Program-made: the position numbers and the translations under genes
Source: Bdellovibrionales bacterium
GTDB lineage: Bacteria; Bdellovibrionota; Bdellovibrionia; Bdellovibrionales; JAMPXM01
NCBI GenBank assembly: GCA_043739185.1
Contig: JAYUEN010000305.1
Location: 1-38,468 of the forward strand
Length of the DNA: 38,468 nt
Direction of reading: 5' to 3'
The notes under the pieces: generated by a model
What the model saw: the letters and a program-made list of their open reading frames with translations, nothing else
Told to the model about the DNA's origin: nothing
Database searches by the model: none
Shown: piece by piece, positions 25,708-35,721 of the stretch
Numbering within the stretch: position 1 is the stretch's first letter
Layout: every line of letters starts with the position of its first letter

Positions 25708-27219
25708 TCACAGTGTCCGAATCGCCTTTTGGCGACCCAAATTTTTCCATTTGCTGTCGCTTGGATATTCCATTTCGTTTCGCGATTTCTTATCATTGTA
25801 GGCGGCAATAGCTGCCGTAATTAAAAAGATATGATTGTCTACGACGCGAAAGAGTTGCGGCATCTTAATTTCAAGCTGCTTTTCAATAAATTGCGTTGTG
25901 TACGAGCCATCAATAAATTGTGGCGCGCGCAAAATAGATTTATGCAAAACAATATTTGTTTTAATGCCGGTCAAAGTAAATTCAGTTAGAGCACGGTCCA
26001 AACGATTGATCGCATCCTCACGAGTTTGTCCCCACGCAATTAATTTTGAAATCATAGGATCATAATATATTGGAACTTCATAGCCCGGATAGGCATAAGA
26101 ATCCGAACGAATAAAAGGGCCTTGCGGATGCCTGCATCTTCGAATTAAACCCGGGCTTGGAGTAAAAGTTATTGGATCTTCGGCACAAATTCTGGCTTCA
26201 ATGGCGTGCCCTCGCTGAACCACATCTTCTTGCTTAAAGCTCAATGGGTATCCAGCGGCAACATAAATTTGCTCGCGCACCAAATCGATACCAGTAACCA
26301 TTTCAGTCACCGGATGTTCAACTTGGAGTCTGGTATTCATCTCCATAAAAAAGAATTCTTTGGTGATATTATCGAAAATGAATTCAATGGTTCCGGCACC
26401 AATATAGCCAATGCTTTTGGCTGCCTTGACCGCAACGTCACCCAATTTTTTTCTTACTTCGGGCGACACCGACGGCGACGGACACTCCTCGATAATTTTT
26501 TGATGTCGCCTTTGTACCGAGCATTCGCGCTCAAAAAGATGCACAATATTTCCGTGAGTATCGCCGAAAACCTGCACTTCAATATGTTTTGGCGCATTGA
26601 TAAAGCGTTCAATATAAACCGTATCGTTTTTGAAATAATTCAGACCTTCCGAACGGGCGGCACGATAACCACTTTCAAGTTCAGACATTTCATGAACGAC
26701 GCGCATGCCTTTTCCGCCGCCGCCAGCAGTAGCTTTAATGATAACGGGCAGGCCAATCTTGGCGACAATTCTTTTTGCTTCTTCGATGCTGTCGACCGGC
26801 CCACCACTTCCTGGAACTGTCGGGACGCCCGCTTCACGCATCAGTTTAAGTGCAGAAAGTTTATCACCCATTTTGCGAATATTGTCTGGAGTTGGTCCGA
26901 TAAAGGTAATGCCGGCTTTTTTAAGGGTTTCTGCAAACTCAACATTTTCGCTTAAGAAACCGTAGCCAGGATGAACGGCATCCGCGCCAGATTCCTTGAT
27001 TGCCTTCATAATATTTTCGATTTTAAGATACGAGTCTTTGCTCGGCGGCGGACCAATATTATAAGCCTCGTCCGCTAATACTACATGCAAACTATTTCGA
27101 TCTGCATCTGAGTAAACTGAAACCGAAGGAATACCGAGATCTCGCGCGCCGCGAATGACCCGAAGTGCGATTTCTCCACGATTTGCGACCAATATTTTTT
27201 TAAAAAGCGGCTTCTTCAA
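25708..27219 (-). CDS. accC: Biotin carboxylase subunit (acetyl/propionyl-CoA carboxylase)
   Basis: KILVANRGEIA, HPGYGFLSEN, GGGGKGMR, ERECSVQRRHQK, EMNTRLQVEHPVTE. Confidence 0.93.
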   Translation of the reverse strand: MKKPLFKKILVANRGEIALRVIRGARDLGIPSVSVYSDADRNSLHVVLADEAYNIGPPPSKDSYLKIENIMKAIKESGADAVHPGYGFLSENVEFAETLKKAGITFIGPTPDNIRKMGDKLSALKLMREAGVPTVPGSGGPVDSIEEAKRIVAKIGLPVIIKATAGGGGKGMRVVHEMSELESGYRAARSEGLNYFKNDTVYIERFINAPKHIEVQVFGDTHGNIVHLFERECSVQRRHQKIIEECPSPSVSPEVRKKLGDVAVKAAKSIGYIGAGTIEFIFDNITKEFFFMEMNTRLQVEHPVTEMVTGIDLVREQIYVAAGYPLSFKQEDVVQRGHAIEARICAEDPITFTPSPGLIRRCRHPQGPFIRSDSYAYPGYEVPIYYDPMISKLIAWGQTREDAINRLDRALTEFTLTGIKTNIVLHKSILRAPQFIDGSYTTQFIEKQLEIKMPQLFRVVDNHIFLITAAIAAYNDKKSRNEMEYPSDSKWKNLGRQKAIRTL

Positions 27220-27232
27220 TTAAAACCTCGTA

Positions 27233-28804
27233 TCAAAGCGGAATATTTCCGTGTTTTTTAGGTGGATTGCTATCGCGTTTGTTTTTTAGCATTTCAAGTG
27301 CTTGAATGATTCGAACCCGAGTCATAGCAGGCTCAATGACTTCGTCAATATAGCCTAACTCGGCTGCAACATAAGGGTTCGCGAACTTCTCTTCGTAGTC
27401 GGCGGTTAATTTGGCCTTTTCTGTAACCTGATCTTTGGCTTTCTTAATCGCGTCTCTAAAAATAATATTCACTGCGCCGTCAGCACCCATCACCGCAATT
27501 TCGGCAGTCGGATAAGCCAAATTAATATCACCGCGTAAATGTTTCGAAGACATTACACAGTAAGCCCCGCCGTAATCTTTGCGTGTAATAACAGTGACCT
27601 TCGGAACAGTGGCTTCTGCATATGCATACAAGAGTTTTGCGCCGTGAGTGATAATGCCATTCCATTCTTGGTCGGTACCTGGCAGGAAGCCCGGAACATC
27701 GACAAGAGTGAGCAGCGGAATATTAAATGAATCACAAAAGCGTATAAAGCGCGCGGCCTTGATACTCGCTTCAATATTCAAACATCCGGCAAGAACTTGT
27801 GGTTGATTGGCAACAATACCTACGCAGCGACCATTGAATCGAGAAAAGCCAACGATAATATTTTTTGCGTAGTGCTGATGAACTTCGAGGAAGTAGCCTT
27901 CGTCGACGATTGTTTTAATCAACTCAAGCATATCATAGGGCTTTTTCGACGAATCTGGAATAAAGCTATTGAGAGATTCTTCAATGCGGTCAGGACTATC
28001 GGTCGTTTTAAATAAAGGCGCATCATCTAGATTATTTGACGGCAAGAAATTGAGTAACTCGCGAATCATGAGCAAACAATTTTTATCATCTTCGGTGGCA
28101 AAATGTGCGACCCCTGATTTTTGATTGTGCGTGAGGGCTCCGCCTAATTCTTCTTTGGTTACTTCTTCATGTGTCACGGTCTTGATTACGTCAGGACCAG
28201 TGACAAACATATAGCTGGTTTCTTTCACCATAAAAATGAAATCTGTAATGCTAGGAGAATACACGGCTCCTCCCGCGCATGGGCCCATGATCGCACTTAT
28301 CTGAGGGACTACACCTGAAGCTAAAACGTTTCTTAAGAAGATATCGGCATATCCACCGAGAGCTTCAACGCCCTCTTGAATACGCGCACCGCCCGAATCA
28401 TTGAGTCCGATGATAGGTGCTCCAGTTTTCATAGCCATGCTCATAATTTTAAGAATTTTATTGGCTTGGGTGCGTGACATACTTCCGCCAATAACGGTGA
28501 AATCTTGGCTATAAGCATATATGAGTTTGCCGTTGATGCGGCCATAGCCGGTGATGACGCCATCTCCGGGGACACGATTTTCGCCGAGTCCAAAATTGGT
28601 AGAGCGGTGAGTAACCATGCGATCCATTTCGACAAAACTGCCGGGATCACAAAGAACCTCAAGTCGTTCGCGAGCTGTGAGTCTTGTGCCGCTTTTATGT
28701 TTTGCAATGCGATCCGGTCCGCCGCCAGCCAATGCTTCGCTATTTCTTTCTTCGAGCTCTTGAACTTTGAGCTGTGTTCGAGACATATTTTCAGTTGTAG
28801 TCAT
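27233..28804 (-). CDS. pccB: Propionyl-CoA carboxylase beta chain (carboxyltransferase)
   Basis: [37 protein letters not shown]. Confidence 0.92.
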   Translation of the reverse strand: MTTTENMSRTQLKVQELEERNSEALAGGGPDRIAKHKSGTRLTARERLEVLCDPGSFVEMDRMVTHRSTNFGLGENRVPGDGVITGYGRINGKLIYAYSQDFTVIGGSMSRTQANKILKIMSMAMKTGAPIIGLNDSGGARIQEGVEALGGYADIFLRNVLASGVVPQISAIMGPCAGGAVYSPSITDFIFMVKETSYMFVTGPDVIKTVTHEEVTKEELGGALTHNQKSGVAHFATEDDKNCLLMIRELLNFLPSNNLDDAPLFKTTDSPDRIEESLNSFIPDSSKKPYDMLELIKTIVDEGYFLEVHQHYAKNIIVGFSRFNGRCVGIVANQPQVLAGCLNIEASIKAARFIRFCDSFNIPLLTLVDVPGFLPGTDQEWNGIITHGAKLLYAYAEATVPKVTVITRKDYGGAYCVMSSKHLRGDINLAYPTAEIAVMGADGAVNIIFRDAIKKAKDQVTEKAKLTADYEEKFANPYVAAELGYIDEVIEPAMTRVRIIQALEMLKNKRDSNPPKKHGNIPL

Positions 28805-28836
28805 TTCATTTCTCCAAATAAAATTTTTATTAAAAA

Positions 28837-30129
28837 TCAGGGATAGCTGCGGCCGTATAGACGCGGAAAAGGAATCGACTCACGCACATGAGGCAATCCA
28901 CAAATCCAAGCTACGGTCCTTTCGATTCCCAGTCCAAAGCCAGAATGGGGAAAGCTTCCGTACTTTCTTAAATCTAAATACCAATCAAAAGCTTGTTCAT
29001 TTAATTTGTGATGAGCAATTTTTTTCTTAAGTGTTTCAAGGTCGTCTTCACGTTGGGCGCCACCAACGAGCTCCCCATAACCTTCGGTTGCGAGCAAATC
29101 ACAACTCAAGGTCATCCCAGGTTCTTTCGGATCTTCTTTCATATAAAAAGCTTTTATTTCGGCAGGGTAGTGATGAACAAAAACCGGCGTTTCAAACTTT
29201 GAAGAAATAATAGTTTCATCAGTGCCGCCAAAGTCATCGCCAATGATAAATTCGGGGTTCTCTTTTTTAATAATCTGCGCGGCTTCCGAATAGTGAATTC
29301 TCGCAAATGGCGCCTTCACATTTTTAAGCAAATCGGTATTGCGCTCAATGGCTATGAATTCCTCAGGGCAATTTTTAACTGTTCGTTGAACCACGTATTC
29401 AACCAAGCCTTCGATGAGCTCCATATTGTCGAAGAGATCATTGAAAGCCACTTCGGCTTCGACCATCCAAAATTCAATAAGATGCCTACGAGTCTTTGAT
29501 TTTTCGGCGCGAAAAGTGGGGCCAAAACAATAAACTTTCCCGAGAGCCGCGGCGGTTGCCTCAATATAAAGTTGGCCGCTTTGAGAAAGATAAGCTTTGT
29601 CATCAAAATACTGGGTTTCAAAAAGAGTCGAGGTTCCTTCGCACGCATTGGGTGTGAAAATCGGCGCATCCGTAAGCGTGAAGCCGCGACCATTGAAAAA
29701 TTCTCGAACTGCATTGATGATTTCAGATCGAATGCGCATGATCGCATGTTGACGTTTCGACCTGAGCCAAAGATGACGATGATTCATTAAAAAATCAGTG
29801 CCATGTTCTTTTGGTGTAATTGGATATTCATGTGCCACTTGAATAATTGATAAATGTTTTGCGCTTAGCTCAAAGCCGCCTGGGCTACGCTTTTCTTCCT
29901 TCACGGTTCCGGTCACAATCACACTAGTTTCTTGAGTGAGTTGATCAAAGCGTTGATCAAAGCTCTCGGGATCGGCATCGCCTTTGAAATAAACACATTG
30001 GCATATACCGGTACCGTCTCTAAGGAGTAAAAACTTTACCTTACCCGATGAGCGTGTGTTGTAGACCCAGCCTTTGAGTTCAACTGTTTGACCTACATAA
30101 TTTTTTAAATCGGCGATAAAGTAGCGCAC
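28837..30129 (-). CDS. asnS: Asparagine--tRNA ligase
   Basis: OB fold (LKGWV, LRDGTG), [50 protein letters not shown] 30129 after GGAGG (track 30144). Confidence 0.97.
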   Translation of the reverse strand: MRYFIADLKNYVGQTVELKGWVYNTRSSGKVKFLLLRDGTGICQCVYFKGDADPESFDQRFDQLTQETSVIVTGTVKEEKRSPGGFELSAKHLSIIQVAHEYPITPKEHGTDFLMNHRHLWLRSKRQHAIMRIRSEIINAVREFFNGRGFTLTDAPIFTPNACEGTSTLFETQYFDDKAYLSQSGQLYIEATAAALGKVYCFGPTFRAEKSKTRRHLIEFWMVEAEVAFNDLFDNMELIEGLVEYVVQRTVKNCPEEFIAIERNTDLLKNVKAPFARIHYSEAAQIIKKENPEFIIGDDFGGTDETIISSKFETPVFVHHYPAEIKAFYMKEDPKEPGMTLSCDLLATEGYGELVGGAQREDDLETLKKKIAHHKLNEQAFDWYLDLRKYGSFPHSGFGLGIERTVAWICGLPHVRESIPFPRLYGRSYP

Positions 30130-30275
30130 CAAAGCCTCCAGCAAAATAACTCATTATTAAAATGTGAAAGAGGTTTAATGAGTTAAGCTATTAAGCTATA
30201 GAACGCGCGATGTGTTAAGCAAGCCCCGGCTAGAGCATATTTAATTTATTTCTGCGCTGTGTATTGAAGCCAGCA

Positions 30276-31562
30276 CTAGAGGCTTTTGAAAAAATCGACA
30301 GCTTTTTTAATATTCAGTCGGCCGCCTGCAGAATCGGCAACTTGTGTTAAATCAATCGACTTTAGAAGTGCGTTTTTTACTTGGGCAACACTTGCATTGG
30401 GCTTAACTCCAAAAAGCATAGCGACAGCACCCGTAACAAACGGAGTTGCCATGCTCGTGCCGTCTAATGACTTCGTTCCGCTATTGGGGACTGTGCTTAC
30501 AATTCCGACTCCGGGTGCGCCAATTTGAGCAAGAGTAAAGCTATAATTTGAGAACTCAGCTTGCGCATCTAGTTCGGTGGTCGCAAGTACTGTAATTTGC
30601 CCCGGAAAACTAAAGGCCGCGGGATAGGATGGCGCCGATTCTAAATTCTTTCCGTCATTCCCTGCTGCTGCTACAAAAACCACACCCTTAGCTTCTAAAC
30701 CTGAAATGGCTTGCTGAAGCGCCACGCTGCAATCGCTTCCGCCCCAGCTGGCATTGATCACTTTGGCATTTGCTTTCACCGCATATTGAATGGCTTCGAT
30801 TGCACTTCCTACTGAGCCGCCTCCGCTGGCGTTGATAAATCTAAGTGGTAAAATTTTAGCTTGCTCGGCCATTCCCTGAATTGGGCCAGCACTGTGTTGG
30901 GCGGCGATGATGCCCGAAACGTGTGTGCCATGTTCGTTAGTATCCATTGGATTATTAAGTGCCTGATGTGGCGTGGGAAGAGGATCATCTGGTGCAAAAT
31001 TATATCCCCTGAAGTCATCAATATAACCATTGCCATCATCATCAATATTATTATTTGTTTTGTCGTGCCCCTTTGAGTCCATACCCATCTCGCCGACATT
31101 CAGGGCAATTTGATTGACCAGTTGTGGATGATTATAGTCGACGCCCGAATCAATGACCGCAACGATCACGCCACCGCCATTGGCGCCAGCACTCCATGCG
31201 CTGGGTGCTTGCACCATCTGCTGTCCCCAGCTCGTCGGCAATGCAGAGACCGTGTTAACAGTTGAAGCGACACTTTCGCGGGCATCAATTTGAACGCGAT
31301 AATCATGTTCTGCAAACTCAATTTGGTCGGAATTTTCAACCATAAATCCATGTTTAAAATGCTCTCGATCAAAAGCTGATTCGCGTGAGATGCGTCCACT
31401 CTTCCATTTTACAATGAAGCGATCTTTGATTTCGGCACTTGTACATTTGGCTTTGTCACTTGAAGAAAACTGATTTTGATTTTGAGCGCCTGTATTTGCA
31501 CCACAGCTTGAGAGAAAAATGGCACAAAATAAAAGGCTAAGAACTTTGTGGGCGACATCCAT
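30276..31562 (-). CDS. Subtilisin-like (S8) serine protease, lipoprotein
   Basis: Lipobox FLSSC, VAVIDSG, HGTHVSG, AAAGN, GTSMATP; GGAGG RBS. Confidence 0.95.
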   Translation of the reverse strand: MDVAHKVLSLLFCAIFLSSCGANTGAQNQNQFSSSDKAKCTSAEIKDRFIVKWKSGRISRESAFDREHFKHGFMVENSDQIEFAEHDYRVQIDARESVASTVNTVSALPTSWGQQMVQAPSAWSAGANGGGVIVAVIDSGVDYNHPQLVNQIALNVGEMGMDSKGHDKTNNNIDDDGNGYIDDFRGYNFAPDDPLPTPHQALNNPMDTNEHGTHVSGIIAAQHSAGPIQGMAEQAKILPLRFINASGGGSVGSAIEAIQYAVKANAKVINASWGGSDCSVALQQAISGLEAKGVVFVAAAGNDGKNLESAPSYPAAFSFPGQITVLATTELDAQAEFSNYSFTLAQIGAPGVGIVSTVPNSGTKSLDGTSMATPFVTGAVAMLFGVKPNASVAQVKNALLKSIDLTQVADSAGGRLNIKKAVDFFKSL

Positions 31563-31636
31563 GTCGATCCTCCAATTTGGTGGCTACAAATTACTTTTGG
31601 AGCCGGCACATTGGTCGAGCCAAGGTGCATATACTA

Positions 31637-31664
31637 TTGTCGGTTGAACTTGAGTTTTGGGTTA
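31637..31664 (-). promoter_or_regulatory. Possible sigma-28 (FliA) promoter for the subtilase
   Basis: Minus strand TAAC-N16-ACCGACAA. Confidence 0.35.
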
Positions 31665-31807
31665 GTCCAATTTTGAGATATTCTTTCAAAGGCTTTGTAG
31701 GCATGGCTTACAAAGGAGTTTATGGTCCAAAGCAGGGCTAGCTCTTGGACCAAGATTTCGAATTAATATTTAACCGAAAAGCCAAAATGAAGTTAGCTAG
31801 CTATTGC

Positions 31808-31916
31808 AAATCAGTTTTAACGGCAGCAAAAGAGAGAACAAGATTGTTATGTTGGGGGAAAACGAACCTCATAAGGCCCTGCTGGTTACTGATTGCAGTT
31901 TTTCGGCCGCTGAAGT
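31808..31916 (-). repeat. Composite repeat: motif A half-copy (31808-31828), motif B (31851-31873) and an A-like quasi-palindrome (31895-31916)
   Basis: CAGTTTTAACGGCAGCA identical to 3181-3197; GTTGGGGGAAAACGAACCTCATA; minus strand ACTTCAGCGGCCGAAAAACTGC. Confidence 0.85.
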
Positions 31917-31957
31917 TTTGCGAATTAAAAAAAACCAAAATAATTTGTGTCGGTGAT

Positions 31958-32776
31958 CTATTTATAATTTCCGACAAATTCAACAAGCAATTCACAAAAC
32001 TTATCTTCAAAGGCTTGCGCCGTTTGCGTGACTTCAGCGTGTGATAATTTATTCTTGGTGATTCCTGCGGCAGGATTGGTAATGCAGCTAAGTGCGCACA
32101 CTCTTAAACCCAAATGGTTTGCTGCAATTGATTCGGGAACAGTGCTCATGCCAACCGCTTTTCCGCCCATCATTTGCAGATAGCGTACTTCTGCGGGAGT
32201 TTCATAAGTCGGTCCGCTCACGCCACAATAAACTCCGCGCCAAAAAGGAAAATTGAGCTTTTTCAAAGTTTCTTCTAGGGTATTGGTCAATTTGAGGTCG
32301 TAGGGTTCACTCATATCAGGAAAGCGTGGCCCCAGCTGTTCAATATTGGGACCTTTCAACGGATTGTCGCCCATTAAATTGATGTGATCATCAATGAGCA
32401 TAAAGTCGCCAGGTTTCATATTTGGATCTAAGCCGCCGGCAGAATTAGTCAGCAATAAAGCTTCAATTCCAAGCATCGCGAGAGTTCGTGTTGGAAAAAC
32501 AACCGTCGCCATCTTGTGACCTTCATAATAATGAATTCGACCTTGTAGAACTGCAATCGGAATATCTTTACAGTGGCCCAAGATAAGTTTGCCTTTGTGC
32601 CCATCAACTGTAGGTGGAGCAAAGGACGGAATTTCATCATAAGGCAAACTAGTTTCAATCTTGATATGCTTAACGAAGGCGCCAAGACCAGAACCCAAAA
32701 TAATGCCCACACGAGGCTTTAATTTTGAGTGTTGGCGGATATAGGCCACCGTGGTTGCGAGATTTTCTTGAATCAT
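31958..32776 (-). CDS. punA: Purine-nucleoside phosphorylase (trimeric PunA/XapA type)
   Basis: GIILGSGLG, QGRIHYYEG, LTNSAGG, GPTYETPAE, VGMSTVPE, CITN. Confidence 0.93.
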   Translation of the reverse strand: MIQENLATTVAYIRQHSKLKPRVGIILGSGLGAFVKHIKIETSLPYDEIPSFAPPTVDGHKGKLILGHCKDIPIAVLQGRIHYYEGHKMATVVFPTRTLAMLGIEALLLTNSAGGLDPNMKPGDFMLIDDHINLMGDNPLKGPNIEQLGPRFPDMSEPYDLKLTNTLEETLKKLNFPFWRGVYCGVSGPTYETPAEVRYLQMMGGKAVGMSTVPESIAANHLGLRVCALSCITNPAAGITKNKLSHAEVTQTAQAFEDKFCELLVEFVGNYK

Positions 32777-32824
32777 GAAAAAACATTTCCCTTATTGTAT
32801 TAATACGCCCAAAAGGCGTGCCGA

Positions 32825-34144
32825 CTATGGCTTTGCCAAACCCATGCGACCAGCTATCAAACTGGGAGATTGACTCTTTTGCAAGGAAATTTTCGTGGCC
32901 AGCAAAAGCATATTCTCGGCATCTTCAAATTTAGAGGAGTCTTCGCCAAATAGGGTGTATAGGCAATCGCCTTTTTGAACGGCATCCGATAATTTTGCAT
33001 GCACCTGAATACCGGCGCTATGGTCTACAGGGTCCGTAACTTTGATACGTCCCGCTCCTATTGAAAGGGCTGCCATACCAAATTTTTCAGTATCAAAACT
33101 TTCTAAAAAGCCTGATTGTTCAGCGCGAACGATGTGGCGATTTTTACTTTGTTTCAATTGGGACAATTGACCGCCTTGGGCCGCGCAAAGCTCCTGAAAT
33201 TTAGCAAGGGCCGCGCCACTTTTTAATAGTTTTTCAGCAAACTTATAAGCGTCTTTTGCGTCCTTCGCTTTGCCGCCAAGAAAAATCATTTCAGCGGCTA
33301 AAATCAGGCTGAGTTCGCGGGTATCTTCAAAGCGCGCCTCGCCCAAAAACTCTTCCCCAGACATGATAGCCAAGCACTCTCCGACCTCGAGAGAATTTCC
33401 TATAAATCGGCCCAGGGGCTGACTCATATCAGTAATAAAAGCGGACATTTTTCTGCCCGCGCGATTTCCGATTTCAACGAGCAAGCCAGCGAGCTTAAAA
33501 GCGTCATCATAAGTTTTCATAAATGCGCCTGAGCCAAATTTAACGTCTAAGACAATTGCGCCTGCGCCTAGAGCCAACTTCTTACTCATGATGCTAGCGC
33601 AAATGATCGGCATGGAGTCAATGGTCGAAGTCACGTCGCGAAGAGCATAGATTTTTTTGTCGGCCGGACAAAACTCTGAAGTTTGACCGACGATGGCAGT
33701 GCCAATTTTAGCAACCTGACTCTGAAAAACCTCGGTTGCGAGATTCACATTGAAGCCCGGGATGGACTCAAGCTTATCAAGAGTTCCTCCTGTATGCCCG
33801 AGTCCTCTGCCCGCCACAAGCGGAACATAGACTCCGGCTGCCGCAACCAGAGCTGCGATAATCAATGTGGTTTTATCTCCCACCCCGCCAGTAGAGTGTT
33901 TGTCTACGGCAAGCGATTTTAAATTTGAAAAATTAAGAGTTCTACCCGAATGCATCATCACGTCGGTCAGATATGAAGTTTCTTCGTGGTCTAAGCCTTT
34001 AAAATACACCGCCATTAGCCACGCCGCCATTTGATACTCAGGTAGATCGGCAGAGGTAAACGAATTGACCATAAAATTTATTTCGTCTCGACTATTGCTG
34101 ATGCCTAATTTCTTTTTTTGAATAATTTCAGTGGCGAAAAACAT
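32825..34144 (-). CDS. deoA: Thymidine/pyrimidine-nucleoside phosphorylase
   Basis: DKHSTGGVGDK, GRGLGHTGGTLDKLESIPG, ASIMSKK, LDVKFGSGAFM. Start 34144 or 34147. Confidence 0.93.
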   Translation of the reverse strand: MFFATEIIQKKKLGISNSRDEINFMVNSFTSADLPEYQMAAWLMAVYFKGLDHEETSYLTDVMMHSGRTLNFSNLKSLAVDKHSTGGVGDKTTLIIAALVAAAGVYVPLVAGRGLGHTGGTLDKLESIPGFNVNLATEVFQSQVAKIGTAIVGQTSEFCPADKKIYALRDVTSTIDSMPIICASIMSKKLALGAGAIVLDVKFGSGAFMKTYDDAFKLAGLLVEIGNRAGRKMSAFITDMSQPLGRFIGNSLEVGECLAIMSGEEFLGEARFEDTRELSLILAAEMIFLGGKAKDAKDAYKFAEKLLKSGAALAKFQELCAAQGGQLSQLKQSKNRHIVRAEQSGFLESFDTEKFGMAALSIGAGRIKVTDPVDHSAGIQVHAKLSDAVQKGDCLYTLFGEDSSKFEDAENMLLLATKISLQKSQSPSLIAGRMGLAKP

Positions 34145-34170
34145 CATGACTCCAGAAGTGACTTTACAAA

Positions 34171-34890
34171 TTAATATGAATGAAGGGCGGCTTGTGAGTT
34201 TATCAACTGCACGCCGGAACTGGTTCCGATGCGTGTGGCCCCAGCCGCGAGTAATTCGCAGGCAAATTTCAAATCTCGAATGCCACCGCTGGCCTTAATT
34301 TCAGTTTGTTTTGAAATGCTGTCAAACATCGTGTGCACATCATCAAGGCTCGCACCTCGACCTAGAAAGCCGGTCGAGGTCTTTACAAAATGCCCGCCGG
34401 CATCCTCACTTAATTTACAGGCGATGCGAATTTCGTCTTGGCTCAATAAGCCAGTTTCAAAAATGACTTTTACTTTCTGTTTTGCGCCTGCGGCCGATAC
34501 GACACGCGCAATATCATTTGAAACATCCGCGTATAATTTTTCTTTCAACCAGCCAATATTGAGAACCATATCGATTTCATTTGCTCCAGCCAAAACTGCC
34601 AATTCAGTTTCTCGGCACTTTACCTCTGTCAAATGCGAACCCAAAGGAAAGCCCACGACCGATGCGATCAGAACTTGTGAATTCTTGAGTTTTGAAAATG
34701 CGGTTGCTACTCGATCCGGATTAACACAGACCGCTTTAAATGAAAACTGAATGGCTTGGTCGCACAATCTTTCAATGTCACCAACTTGAGCATCAGGCTT
34801 TAGCAAGGTGTGATCGATATATTGAGCTAAGTTTTTAGGTTCTTTTAAAACAGCTTCCGCGTTTAATTTGTAGGCGGATTTATCTCGCAT
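34171..34890 (-). CDS. deoC: Deoxyribose-phosphate aldolase
   Basis: YIDHTLLKP, VVGFPLG, EIDMV, VKVIFET, FVKTSTGF, IKASGGIR, RIGTSS. Confidence 0.97.
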   Translation of the reverse strand: MRDKSAYKLNAEAVLKEPKNLAQYIDHTLLKPDAQVGDIERLCDQAIQFSFKAVCVNPDRVATAFSKLKNSQVLIASVVGFPLGSHLTEVKCRETELAVLAGANEIDMVLNIGWLKEKLYADVSNDIARVVSAAGAKQKVKVIFETGLLSQDEIRIACKLSEDAGGHFVKTSTGFLGRGASLDDVHTMFDSISKQTEIKASGGIRDLKFACELLAAGATRIGTSSGVQLINSQAALHSY

Positions 34891-34993
34891 TAAGGCCTCG
34901 CTTCAATTTACTTTAGGTTTATTTTGAAAAATGATAAATTCAACGCACCTCTTCAAGATTGCCTAAAGCGATCCGAGCTAGGATTATCGAAAT

Positions 34994-35293
34994 ATGCAGA
35001 GCTGTCACTATTTGATTTACGGAAAAGTTCAAGGGGTAGGCTTCCGCGCCTATACTCGGCGCGAAGCTAAGCTATTAGGGCTTTCCGGAAAAATCAGGAA
35101 TTTGCACGACGGTCGCGTAGAGGTTCTGGCCTTTGGCAAACAACCACAACTCGATTTATTCGAAAAGATTTTGCGCAGCGGCCCTCCACATGCCAGAGTA
35201 GATAAAATAGAAGTAAAGTTAGGTCCCATAACAACTTTAAGAGTCGAAGCTGATTTTGTTTTACTTGAAGATGGAGAAAACCCATGGCCGTAA
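34994..35293 (+). CDS. acyP: Acylphosphatase
   Basis: GKVQGVGFR, RNLHDGRVE, GPPHARV. Confidence 0.95.
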   Translation: MQSCHYLIYGKVQGVGFRAYTRREAKLLGLSGKIRNLHDGRVEVLAFGKQPQLDLFEKILRSGPPHARVDKIEVKLGPITTLRVEADFVLLEDGENPWP

Positions 35294-35712
35294 AAACTCC
35301 CGGAAAAATCCTTAAAAAACTTTTGCCGGTAATTTTAAGTGTCTTTATTTTTTCAACTGCATTCGCGCAAGCCCCAGTTGCGGGTGCTCCTCAAAATGAA
35401 GAAAAAACTAAGGCCAATGGACCGCGAAAGCAATTGGCCACAATCATTTTTGCAGGTCTTGGGGGAGCCGTACTCGGGCTCAGCACCCTAAGTTTTTATG
35501 GCCGACCTCAAGATAATTTGTCAAATATCGCCGTAGGTTTTGCCGTTGGAGTTATTACGGGCACCATCATTGTGACTTATCGCGCGGCCACTAATCCCGC
35601 TGAATTTTACGGTACGGAATATCGTCCGGACTTGAGCTTCGAAAAAGCATCAAGACTGATGGCTTATGAGCCACCAGCACCGCTGCATTTAAATTATCAT
35701 TTTGAGTTTTAA
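35284..35712 (+). CDS. Hypothetical secreted/membrane protein with Gly-rich helices
   Basis: Signal peptide ending AFA, two Gly-rich hydrophobic helices, C-terminal YHFEF; GGAG RBS. Confidence 0.8.
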   Translation: MAVKTPGKILKKLLPVILSVFIFSTAFAQAPVAGAPQNEEKTKANGPRKQLATIIFAGLGGAVLGLSTLSFYGRPQDNLSNIAVGFAVGVITGTIIVTYRAATNPAEFYGTEYRPDLSFEKASRLMAYEPPAPLHLNYHFEF

Positions 35713-35721
35713 GACGAGGCT

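Noticed and set aside
26206..26955. 249-aa plus-strand ORF and other long antisense ORFs (e.g. 34229-34750, 2446-2829, 21264-21647)
   Set aside because: These are shadow frames of well-supported genes, with no motifs or RBS.
31409..31630. 73-aa minus-strand ORF starting just after the FliA-like box and overlapping the subtilase start
   Set aside because: No recognisable features, and it overlaps the subtilase out of frame. A leader-peptide role cannot be supported from sequence alone.
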